DNA from: Dicyema japonicum
Lineage: Eukaryota > Animalia > Dicyemida
Length of the DNA stretch: 33,000 nucleotides
NCBI GenBank assembly: GCA_011109175.1
Contig: RDEW01000004.1
Coordinates: forward strand, 1,759,355 to 1,792,354
Direction: 5' to 3'
Below are positions 22,330 through 32,750 of this stretch, piece by piece. The position numbers were made by a program, and so were the translations under genes. The notes beneath the pieces were generated by a model that saw only the letters and a program-made list of their open reading frames with translations, was not told the DNA's origin and ran no database searches. Position 1 is the first letter of the stretch, and every line of letters begins with the position of its first letter.

Positions 22330-22680
22330 AGTTAATTATCCCTGCCTCATAACTTGTAGGAGACCAGCGGCTATTAGCAGCAAATACCGGTCGCTTTCTT
22401 AGATCGGTCAGTCTTGTAGACGAACATTGTACTCTTTCAAGACATTCAAAAGGTGATTTTTTTGTCAACTCGGAGAGGTTGCAGAAGGAACAGTGGATAT
22501 CTTTTAAATCATCCAGTTTACTTGCGTACATCGATACAGCGAGAGGGTGCTTACATCGTAGACGAGCCAGGTTTACCCGGATATCCATCGAGAGATAGAA
22601 TTCTGATTGGTCTATTGGGGTGGAAGGGATGGATGATGCATTTTCGACACTTCACTGGTTTTAGTGGCAATGAATAGAGG
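22330..22680 (-). mobile_element. LINE C-terminal fragment with zinc knuckle
   Basis: RVNLARLRCKH...IHCSFCNLSE...FEC resembles 'L.RLR.GH...C..C....H...EC'. Confidence 0.5.
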
Positions 22681-22702
22681 AAGTACATTTTTGTGAATTC
22701 CT

Positions 22703-23109
22703 ATGTTGATTTACGTAGGTCCACGCCAAATATTTAAGCAACTTCTGTCAACTCCAAACAAAATGTGTCGCGGTAAGGATAAGAAAGCAAAGAATAAGCT
22801 TGATTTTAACTTAAGTCACCTGAGGAGGTCGAGTTAGTAAGCGAGAATGAATTTGACGATGAGTTTCTCAAGATTTACATAGATGAGTCAGAAATGCAAC
22901 GAGTCGTTTATATTATGGAGTAATGGCGGGGAATACTGGGAGTTGGACGTGATGCTACATATCAACAGCGTTCATGTCATCTTACAAGTTGAAGAGAGAG
23001 GATCAGAGAAGTCCGGAGACTACACTCCTTTGATAGCAAGGAGATGATCGAAAAATCTAATAATTCAAATGATCAGTCAAAGTCGGATAAAAATGATAAT
23101 TTTGAATAA
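22703..23109 (+). pseudogene. Frameshifted paralogue of 21795-22223
   Basis: MLIYVGPRQIFKQLLST..KMCRGKDKKAKNK aligns with LIYVDQTQIYKQILSTLIKMCREKDEMTKNK. The 3' ends also align (GGATCAGA.AAGT.CGGAGA...GAATAA). Internal stops and frameshifts. Confidence 0.7.
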
Positions 23110-23119
23110 CTTAATTTAT

Positions 23120-23640
23120 TTTATTGAGCCAAAAAAGCCACCGTCATAGCCAAAACGAGAAAATTCAGGTGATCCCGGCCTCCCACAGCAGTCATCGCAT
23201 TCGTTCCTGGTGTTCAGACTGTGTTCCAGTACATTTACGATGAGGATGGGGTTAATCGCCTATTGCCTCAGTCGCATTAATAATAGTTCAAAGCTTCTGG
23301 GCAGAATTTCCTTTTAAGAAGACTCCTTCAATAGTTTCAGTGCCTTTGATTGAACGTTATAGATCTTGGTCAAGTTCGTTGTGGCAAGGTTTGTCCCCCA
23401 AACAGCACATGTATAACCAATTGTAGGTTCAATGCACTGCTTTTAGGCCATTGGAGTCTCTTAGATTTCCTAAAAAAACCATCATGAAGTTACTCACATC
23501 CCTCGATGCAACGACTATATCATCCGCATAGGGCATTAGTATGTCGTTGTCACCTTGTGGAATTATTAGATCATTCGTCATAAGATTGAATAAAAGGGGT
23601 GATGATGGGGAACCCCGAGGGTTAGGGTTGCAAATTTATT
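23120..23640 (-). mobile_element. Jockey/I-like LINE, internally deleted RT-to-3' fragment
   Basis: LGVP, TNDLIIPQGDNDILMPYADDIVVAS, EPTIGYTCAVWG, and the GGATCACCT motif at 23167-23175 before the tail. Confidence 0.65.
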
Positions 23641-23664
23641 CTTTTAATATATTTGGTGATGCAG

Positions 23665-24205
23665 GTATTTATATATGCGTTGTATAGTCATGTTCTTAGA
23701 TTTGTTTCTATTAGTTTTCGTCGATATCTTCTGCATTTTCTTATACATGGCAGTAGTTAGAACTCTTCTATACATCATGTCCTCACTATCACCAAGTAAG
23801 GATCCCAATTTCCTTTTTTCCTCCAATTTTCATCAATATATTTTAATTTCCTTTCGTTCAGTCTTTTTCTGATTAACTTGCAGAGACCAATTCTTAAATT
23901 CTCCAGGGATTTTCTCTAAAGCAAGTCCAAGTTCAGATCATTTTCTGACACAAAATCTATGTCATCTGCATATATAATCTCCACCGGCATGCATCCTTCA
24001 CATTTTGTTCTAAGAGCTCTCAATTCCAGGTATACGACGAATAGAACCGGAGATAGAGAATCCCCTGAGGTATTCCAACTGTTGTCCCGAAATGCTTCGA
24101 TGTTGTGTTCCCAACTCGTACAGTTAATTCAGTGTTTGATAATAAGAAACAGACAGGTCTTGTGTTATCCTCATCAAGAAAACTCCCAGCAACGTCCAAT
24201 TTAAT
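23665..24205 (-). mobile_element. RTE-like LINE, inverted RT-core segment
   Basis: SFLDEDNTRPVCFLLSNTELTVRVG, TTVGIPQG, SPVLFVVYLELAL, IIYADDIDFVS, RKLGSLLGDSED and LYNAY, read right to left. Confidence 0.85.
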
Positions 24206-24550
24206 GGTTCTAGGTTGGTCCGAGAAGATTTCAAAAAAGAAATTATTCTCTGTGGCACAATCGAGGCCAATAAGCATCGACATTATTGAATAAAGATGGA
24301 GACTGTTTGGGCACGTGCTTAGAATGGACATAAACGCCCCTGCAAATATAATAATGGACAATTACTTTAGCAATGAGAACAAACCATCGTTCAGAGGAAG
24401 ACCCAGAGTCACTCTACCCGTGTCTCTTAACAAGGATCTTAATGGAATTGAAAGAAAACTTAAATCTGCAGAAGACCTAGGAGATCTAAGGACAGATGCG
24501 CAAAGCAAAGGACGATGGAGACGCCTAGTGAAGCAAATATCCCAATAACC
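24205..24550 (+). mobile_element. RTE-like LINE 3' end, forward segment of the same element
   Basis: GWSEKISKKKLF...RPISIDIIE*RWRLFGHVLRMD..APAN..M...FRGRPRVTLPVSLNKDL...AQSKGRW. Confidence 0.85.
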
Positions 24551-24629
24551 CTGTACCTTCCTCAGTGTTTTCATGAGACCCAAAAATGGCATTATTCCCC
24601 AACTGTTTTTTGAAGGGAGACAAATCACA

Positions 24630-25110
24630 TAAAAGTACTGTCAAGATTCTTTGAGCAATCGACGCACTTATGACCTCAGCAAACGTGTGTTGAATGTAAT
24701 CAGTGTGTCTCCACGAAAATCGAACTTTGTAAAAATGTTACTTTCCAAATTCAAAGGATCGTTCGATTCAACAGTAGGTCCCTTGTATACCCAATTTATC
24801 TAGCCAACTATCAATCATGGTTGGTGAACAAACCCACGTTGAGAAGATTTATTGTACACAGTCTAGAGCCGTCAAGGACATCTTTCGACTCACGGGGATG
24901 TGATCAAGGGAACCCAGTTAGAAAACCTCATGAGGAATTCGGGTTTCACAATCGTCCAACACGAAAGATCGCCCAAAAAACGTGTATACAGCAAATGCGT
25001 GGGTTCCAGAGAGAAATGCTGGGAAACGATGCGGTCAATAATAAGAATAGTTGAGATCACCTGATGACTACCCCAAAATTTGTTAATATCATGTTGATTT
25101 TGGCTTAATA
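24630..25110 (+). mobile_element. Jockey/I-like LINE 3' end
   Basis: Decayed thumb-like segment followed by GATCACCTGA (25055-25064) and TTTTGGCTTAATAAT, as in the other LINE 3' ends. Confidence 0.5.
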
Positions 25111-25229
25111 ATATGCACTCGTGCTACAAAAAATGTACCTCAGAGATCAATCATTTTCATTTCATGCTGCAACTTCTAATAATGAAGAAATTATGTGAAA
25201 GTAAATTTTTTATTTTATTTATTTTTTAG

Positions 25230-26430
25230 TTTTCAGTTTTGATTGACCTCCTCCGGTAAGATGATCCGTTCGTTTGATGTCTTCTTGTTTAAGTCAAATA
25301 TCTCTCCTTTCACAAAGAAAATTTGTTCAAAGTGTAATGCGCCGAACTTTGTATGTTCGGTAGCATTTCCTATTGTTTTTACATTTCTGCCTTGCAGAAG
25401 AAGCCCTCCTGATTGGTTCCACCTCTTCATTGGTCGAATTGCCATAAATGTTACAGCGCTGTTAAAGAGTTCGACCTCTTTAATATTGTTTACCAAGTGG
25501 GTGGTGATGTTGCTTGTTTAAGAAATCGATTTTCTCTCAATTCGCCTTTTTTCTTGATTCAGTTTGGAAACAGTTTGCGGATTCACATTATTTTCAGATC
25601 TGATCTTTAAATCCTTCTGCAGATACAATAGGGTGACGCCGATTGCTTAGGTTTTCCAAGGTGTTTGTCAGCCGCGGGAAAGATCCTCCTTACAGTTTCG
25701 TACTATGTCTTTCCCGGTTGTAGATCCGTTCCTATATTTCTGATTGACACACTCTTGATATTCTGTATGCAGTCTTGCAACGAGTCCAAGAGTTCAATCA
25801 TATACCTCCTTCTTGATCTCGTGGAATTCCCACACATTGTGTTTGGATGAAACATCTACTTAAATTCGAGTGTTAATCTCATAATCATCTTCCGTAGTTA
25901 GATCAGATTTAGATTAAATTTTGAAGACATAATTATGTGGTCACTGATAAGAATGAGTCATCTATAAGACTTCGAGTCGCGAACAGAGATTTGTTTTTTA
26001 ATCGACAAACAATATAATCAATTATAAATCTTTATCGGATTTCCAGTGTTCGAAAGTCATGAGCCTTCCCAGATTGTTTTATGACGTCCGGAATGTTGGA
26101 ATTGGGTGTTGCATAGGAACAAGTCAAAAGCATTCCAATCGCCCGTAATAAGATGAATGAGAAAGACTTTAGGTGAGATACAATCTTTAAAAGTTCTTCG
26201 TAGAAAGCGCCAATTCTTCCAGTCTTAGAAATGCGGCCACTATACGTGGCGTACACATTCGCAAGAGAGATTAGCTGTCTAGATTTCCCTCTGGGACCAA
26301 TAAGTAGTTAAATGATGCTAATCCGATCATTTTTCTTCCAAAAGCAATGTAATCCGTAAAGTAAATACTTGTGCACAGCGAAAACCTATCCATAGAATTT
26401 GTAGTCCGATACAGCAGACTGAACATCGAA
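25230..26430 (-). mobile_element. RTE-like LINE 5' part with APE endonuclease
   Basis: LANVYAT, FYEEL, HLITGDWNA, IDYIVC and SDH, the conserved APE motifs in the correct order. Confidence 0.75.
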
Positions 26431-26559
26431 TCATTAATATTAATAACTTGTTTTACAATCTTTGGATTTTATTCTAAAGTAGTGATAAGATAAATATTAT
26501 TAATATTAAATTAATATTTAAAATATTAAATTTAAATAAATCAAATAGTGGGAAACAAA

Positions 26560-28250
26560 GATTGATAGTCGGTAAATGCAAAAGGAAGGAATTTATTTGA
26601 TAACAGAGATACGGCTATGAATAATGACAAAAAATCAGAAAGGAAGGTTTTTTAATCAATATGAAGACTGTATAACATACAATATAAGAGAAGAGCGTTA
26701 CAACTGATTAGTATGGTCAACTTGTGACATCAGTCGACCTTTACTTTATGGATGAGGATGGAAACAAACTTAAAGTATGTTGAATTGTAACAAAAGCTAA
26801 CTATGCTCTATAAAGCATATTTTTACGTGCTGTATGATGATGTTCTCATTGGACAAAAACATTCAACAAGAACAACAAATTTTGAGGATTTATAACTTCG
26901 TATTTCCTTTATGGAAATGTATCATATCTATGTCATAATAGAGATTCTAGTCATCAATCGTGATGTGGTACCTCATGATGTTCATGATTTTGAGTATATA
27001 CCCATTCCTGGGGTTGATGGAAAGTTTACAATGATAAATCAGCCAGATGAAGTTATATTTATATTAATAACAGAAATCTGCATTGACTACCTTTCTTGAC
27101 AACGTGATACAATTTCAGCGGATGCATTTGTCACATTTAAGATGCTAGAGCTTCATTTCACAATATAACCATATGTGATGAGATTGGAGTAAAGAAGGGT
27201 TATCAAGGAGATTATATTTGTCATTGTGCATGTATAATGGATAAGTTTATTTTATTGTTATATTAGATGAGTGAAAAGAGATAGTTATTTACCAATTAGG
27301 AGTCAGGGACTTAAAGGAGTAATCGAACTAAATTAAAGTATGAAACAGTTGAGGTGGACCCTGAAGATGTGTTTTCTAAGGAAATGAGGATCTTCAACCT
27401 CCGAAGCTCACTCTGATGTTGTTGCTACTTATTATTTAATTTTATTCACACTTATATATTTTCATTAATCATTGCACATTCTTGATGAGGTTGTAATTAC
27501 ATTATATTTAAGGTTCTAAGAAAAGAAACAGGCATTCTCTTTAGGTACTATTGACACAAGCATCTAAAGTGGACAATCAAACATATGTAAGCAGATTGTT
27601 TTACTGAGGATGGACAAGTCATATAATCAGAGACATATATGTGGGCACTTGAGGGATTCGAAAATGGACTTTTAGAACTGATATACTATATAAATTTAGA
27701 ATTGTAGTAATTATAATAATTTAAAGAATGTATCTACCATCGAATGGCTAACTAATAATATTCGTTCTGTTCTACATTTATTATTCTCTGAGGAACATAA
27801 TATCTATTTTGGAACTTATGTTGACTGCTTAAACAAATTGGACATTTGAAATCATCCACATTTATTTGTACACCATTAATACACCATGTGGATGTTGGGA
27901 CTATGTGTCCAAATAATATATTGACTAATAGACTACAGGTTAATACTCTAGACTACCTTATCCATATGCCATTCCAAGTGATGGTAAATGTGCCTAAAAT
28001 CATGTTAATTACCTTCGTTCAAACTGTCAACAAGAGTTGATTTGGAATTGAGAGGACAGAATAGTAAGGACTAATGTACATTGCAGTGCTAACTATGGAG
28101 AACTTAAATTTATTACAAAACAATTGGAGGAAATATTTACAGAAAAAGGAAAAGAATTCCATTTCATTAACTACTAAAGGATGAAGAATAAAAATTAAGA
28201 GTATTATTTTGAATTAATTTACTATCAGAAAGCCTATCACACAATTCATA
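26560..28250 (+). pseudogene. Decayed multi-exon gene, product unknown
   Basis: Coding-like pieces (YGQLVTSVDLYFMDEDGNKLK; DVHDFEYIPIPGVDGKFTMINQPDE; ICDEIGVKKGYQGDYICHC; SNCQQELIWN) with intron-like stretches such as 27052-27073 GTTATATTTATATTAATAACAG. They cannot be joined without stops. Confidence 0.25.
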
Positions 28251-28527
28251 TTGCACTTGTAAAAGAAATAGCTATAGTTTGTAAATGAGAGAATCCTTTT
28301 TATATAATACTGCAAGGGATTTCAAAGATAGGACGTGGACGTTTAAGGTATTATTGAAGATATCGAAATATAAACTTTCATATGCCAATGAAAATGGAGA
28401 GCGTATTTAATTTATTAAAAAGTGAATGTTTTAATAAATTTAAACTTAATTATGATTTTTTTCAATTGGGTAAATGTTTATTAAAAACGGTTTGTTGTGT
28501 TTGTTATATACTGCACGGTAGTTTAGT

Positions 28528-28808
28528 ATGGAAATGACTGGAATTGTTTTTAATACTGGTTCTGCTATTATTAATAAAACATGGAGATATAACGAATTGG
28601 GTTGTTATATTATTTAATACTAGTAGGCCATTGGAATTGGATACTTATTGAATTTGGTATTGCATCCACTTTTCCTGATTCTGTTATAGCATCAACCATG
28701 ACAGTAGCAATATCACTCATTAACGAAATATTAAATCATATGGTCAAGTTAGTTTTGCCATTAATTTATAAAAAAATTTTACATATTATTAATACAGGAA
28801 TTAGTTAA
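28528..28808 (+). pseudogene. Hydrophobic gene fragment, possibly class A GPCR TM2-TM3-ICL2
   Basis: A 23-nt intron at 28604-28626 joins MTGIVFNTGSAIINKTWRYNELG to CHWNWILIEFGIAS...TVAIS...PLIYKKI. No DRY motif. Confidence 0.25.
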
Positions 28809-29054
28809 TGAAACTAAATATATTTATTCTACTCAATCTGAGAATTCTATATCTTTGAGATTGGTGGTCCATATTTGGCTGTGATTCTCTCTGCTTCCAA
28901 ATATGAGGGAAAGGAATTAAACAAACGGTATGCTGTATTTGACCATTCTAAGTTGAACTCGAAGGTTTTTCTAGTATTCACTTTAGGGTTTTGAGACAAA
29001 ACGACGGGAGAGTTACAGTTGGTAAAAATTTTCCGTCTTTAGTCTTTGAGTCGT

Positions 29055-29127
29055 TCTTGGATGGGAATAATCTTGAATCTGCTTTAATAGTACCGTCTTG
29101 GATGGGAATAATCTTGAATCTGCTTTA
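29055..29127. repeat. Perfect 32-bp direct repeat, two copies, period 41
   Basis: TCTTGGATGGGAATAATCTTGAATCTGCTTTA at 29055-29086 and 29096-29127. Confidence 0.95.
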
Positions 29128-29499
29128 TCAGTCGCTAATTATTCCCTGGACATTTTTTACTCAAATGGGGCTTCTCAGACAGACTGAATTGTTCAAATAT
29201 CTTTCAGAAAGTAGAAACATTTCACGTGCTCTGGAAAGTTATGGAAAACAAAAATAAATAACTACAGTAAGCTTAGCTGAGGTACATATTTGCAAATTAT
29301 TAGAGCTATTCTGTCCCATGGTGGTTACGCGTCCTATGCTGGTAACATGTCTCCGTCAATCGCAGTTAGATGTCATACTTAATGTGACTTTAATCATTTT
29401 TACTCATTTCGGAAATATATAATTTTGTCGTTATTCATAAATATTCAACATGTGCTTTTATGGAATACCAAATTATCCTTAATCACAAGTAATTAAATA

Positions 29500-29630
29500 A
29501 GGAAATCGGGGAAAATTGGCCCACCGCAAGAAAGACGTGCGGGAAGCGGTCTGGCTGAGGCAAAGAATTGGTATCGCAGTTATCCGCGGAAACGCTTACT
29601 CCGTGATGTCAGCAGCCGCTCTCCCCATTG
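29500..29630 (+). mobile_element. CRE-like extreme 3' end, severely 5'-truncated
   Basis: WLRQRIGIAVIRGNAYSVMSA (29553-29615), followed by an AT-rich tail. Confidence 0.7.
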
Positions 29631-30789
29631 TTAATAAATAATATTTTATTGTTAATAAATTTTTGTTTAAAAAAAAAAAAAATTAAATAATAGTTTATTT
29701 GTTTCATGGGATCATAGAAAGGTTTGACAAGAAATTTTTCAATCAACTAAAAACTGGAAAAATTAATTAAAAAAGAAGTGAGCATAAAGGTTTTTTTTTA
29801 ATTTCACAGAAAGTGAGAGTTCGGATGATGTTTTTCCACGATCAACAGAGATTTTGACGTGGAACATATTTCAAATGTTTCAGGTAATTATCGTATAAAA
29901 TATGCTGAAAACATAGATGCAGATCATTTTGATCTTAATTTTTTCCACCAAATCTAAATTCAGCCTATTTTTATTGGAATGGTATTTTTAATGAATAATT
30001 TTAGATACGAGTCTTAGATTATGGAGCTGATTCATGGCTAAAGTTGAGCAGATTTGAATTTCCATTTGAAGAACCAAGTGAAAGTATTCCAATTTGTCTA
30101 ACAACCGAGTAGAAGTATGTTTAATATTGTTATAACAGATCAGGGCACTTTTAGGAGAATTAAAAATAGTCAACTTAGCCAAATCAAGAAAATATAGACT
30201 TACAAAAAATAAATTCTTTGATTTTTTTATTAGAAACCAATTAATATTGATTGAATGACAGGTGACATGTAACCAGCACAGGATGGGTAACCCTGCGGGA
30301 CGCGACATATACCATTTGTACTCTTTTAGGTAGAAAATAGAGTAAGAGATCTCTATTTGAGGAAATGGCTTAATTATCATCCTTTTCAAGTGATTTTGGC
30401 ATTAGGCATGTTATTGGTTGGAATTATTATATTGGACGATTTTAACAATACCGGCCTTTTCACAAGCAGTTGCATTGATAATTTATATTCACATTCCTGT
30501 CCCTAGAATCAGCCATCCTGATTGTCTTCAGAATAAACTGTTGCAGAATATATAACTGTTATCTTCATGTTATTTTGTTCTTTCTGTAGTAAATGTCTCT
30601 TTAAATCTGTATAGTTTAAAAACATTCTTAGTAGTTTCTTTTTGACGACATTATGAAGTATTGTGAATGCACGTTACGTATCCTTATGACTTCTTTATAC
30701 TCTGAATGTTTTATACATGTCTCGTTGTTATCTTAATCACTGCAATGATCATCACGCCGTTTTATAGTTGTTTTTAGTGTCAAAGTTCA

Positions 30790-31470
30790 ACATCCAATGC
30801 CTTTTGAAGCGATTTCGTATTGCTGATTTATTTGTTTCGTCTTATGCCAATTTTGAAAGTGATATTGCATATTGTGATCTTTTTATAGTTTCTTCTATCT
30901 GAGCTACAGGATTTTAACCATAAGTGTTTTCATCATCAATAAATGATTTTAAAGCTTTTATCATCCTTGATCACGTGACTGTATTAAATAAGTTGTATTT
31001 TGTGGAAAAATATTATGTCGATGTTTGAATATTGTATAGAAGTATATAAGTTGTATTATCCATTAGTAATGCTATTTTCGTCTTTTCTTCATAATACGAC
31101 ATAGATATTTTCAAAAATACTTTTTGTTATCAAATCTTTGTATAAGCGTCATATTCAATGCCAATGGCTTTTAGATTTACTATCCTAGTACTCTTGGCCA
31201 CGTTGACCTTCTTAGTGGTTTATATTTTTTCCATGTGTAGCTGCAACATAAAAGACACGAGAGACGTTCTATTCTTATGTCCGTTGGATAATTCACTTTT
31301 TTCGAAAATGATTTATAAAAATGTTGCAGTTTCGTCACAATTTAAAATATTTTTTTGACCATTAAATTTGATCGAAAGTTTTCTGCTCTTTTTTATCAAC
31401 TGACCGTGCTTCGCCTTGAAGGCTTTGGATATTATATCAAATTATTTTCAAAATTAAGAATTGCAAGATT
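30790..31470 (-). mobile_element. pogo/Tigger-like (DDE_1, CENP-B/Jerky related) transposase remnant
   Basis: LQGEARSVD, NILNCDET, KIALLMDN and IFPQNTTYLIQSRDQG in canonical order. No terminal inverted repeats identified. Confidence 0.85.
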
Positions 31471-31599
31471 ACTTGAGATTTAAAAAGCTTAAAATTTTTT
31501 ATTATAATTAATTTATTTACAAAAATAATATGAAATAAGAAAAAACTAAGAAACTGAAGACCTATTCAGTACAATCTGTTGTCGCATATTTATTTGTGG

Positions 31600-31990
31600 A
31601 GATTCGTGTAGAAACGAGAATCAGTACGGAGCAGTTGTAACGAAATAACAAAACATTTTTGTGTATGATAAGACAAAAAATATGATTACTCTTGTTGAAA
31701 CTGGGATCATTTCGCTAAACTGCCTCAAGCAGGTTCAAGTATGACCTACTGGCGAATAGAATTGAGATTATTCATCTCGCAAAGGTGAAAATAATCCCTG
31801 TGGTGATCGCATGGTATGGAATTGTCTCATAAGTTTTTCAGGGGCCACCTGGATGCCCTCAAGGTGGAAGAGTCGGTCAAAGCTTATATACAAACGCTAG
31901 TGTTACGGAAGACTTTGGAGAGTATGCAAGATAAGGAGAGGCGTGGAGTATCGATGCCTGGTGATGAGGAAGACGGCGCATGGAATGTCA
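31600..31990 (+). mobile_element. R4/R2-type non-LTR element, RLE C-terminal fragment
   Basis: IFVYDKTKNMITLVETGI, KYDLLAN, KVKIIPVVIAWYGIV and KAYIQTLVLRKTLES. Confidence 0.75.
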
Positions 31991-32299
31991 ACCTAGGGTA
32001 GTCTCTGAATGTGGGGTATGCAGCGACGTGAACACACCTATACAGGCAATAGAGGTTGGCCCCAAGAAGAGAAGATTGAGTTATACGGGCGTTATAAAAT
32101 AATTAATTTTACTTAATTTTTGTAATTAAACTTTAAGTTAATATTTCGTTATTAATTTCCTCACTTGTGCGATTATTATATCAAAAAATTTCATTATTAC
32201 TTTTAAAATGATACAATCTCTCGAAAAAAGAGGTTTCCCCGCAGTTTGGGTTTCGAGGCTGGACTGTATTTGATATACATAGAAAAATTCTTCTTCATG

Positions 32300-32750
32300 A
32301 CCTATCAGCCGAAACCTGAGAGATCACTAAATTAAAAGAGAAAGAATCTCCCATATAATTAAGTGATCCCGGATAAACAAGGGGATGTCGAAACAAGCAG
32401 AGACAGATGTGCTGAACGTAAAACCTCGTAGAGAGGCTGTCGTATTTCTTTAACTTGAAAGCCGCCGTTCGAGCCGCCTTCCAATCTTTCAACGCGGAAC
32501 CAGAAAGTCTCGACTGGGAAAAGTGTCGGTACAAGCCCCATCCCAATCATGCATTTCTCTAGAGAGGAGGGTAAAACCGTCTGGGCGCTTTTCATCACCA
32601 TGATCCAGGCCCACCGGTTCCAGAGAGGACGGGAATCCAGTCGCCTCAAGAAAGCGGTCACAACCCCGTTAATGGCTGCATGCCTTGGGAACCGAAGGAA
32701 ACGTCTCCAACAGAAGTTAGGCCGATGCCCACAGAAGTCTAATGGCTAAA
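32300..32750 (-). mobile_element. CRE-like element, RLE fragment
   Basis: RFPRQAAINGVV, GLDHGDEKRPDG, WDGACTDTF and STRFYVQH (F.P.A.ET region), spread over frameshifts. Confidence 0.8.

Noticed and set aside
10175-25062. GGATCACCT as the 3' end of bacterial 16S rRNA
   Set aside because: No flanking rRNA sequence. The motif always sits in LINE 3' ends.
29055-29127. CRISPR array from 32-bp repeats
   Set aside because: Only two copies with a 9-nt gap, no cas genes, and a eukaryotic context.
29988-30389. 133-aa minus-strand ORF
   Set aside because: No recognisable motif and a non-ATG start. Splice-like signals in the region are on the plus strand.
30900-30960. Polinton/virus packaging ATPase from 'FIDDEN'
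   Set aside because: No Walker A motif. The segment continues the pogo transposase after DQG.
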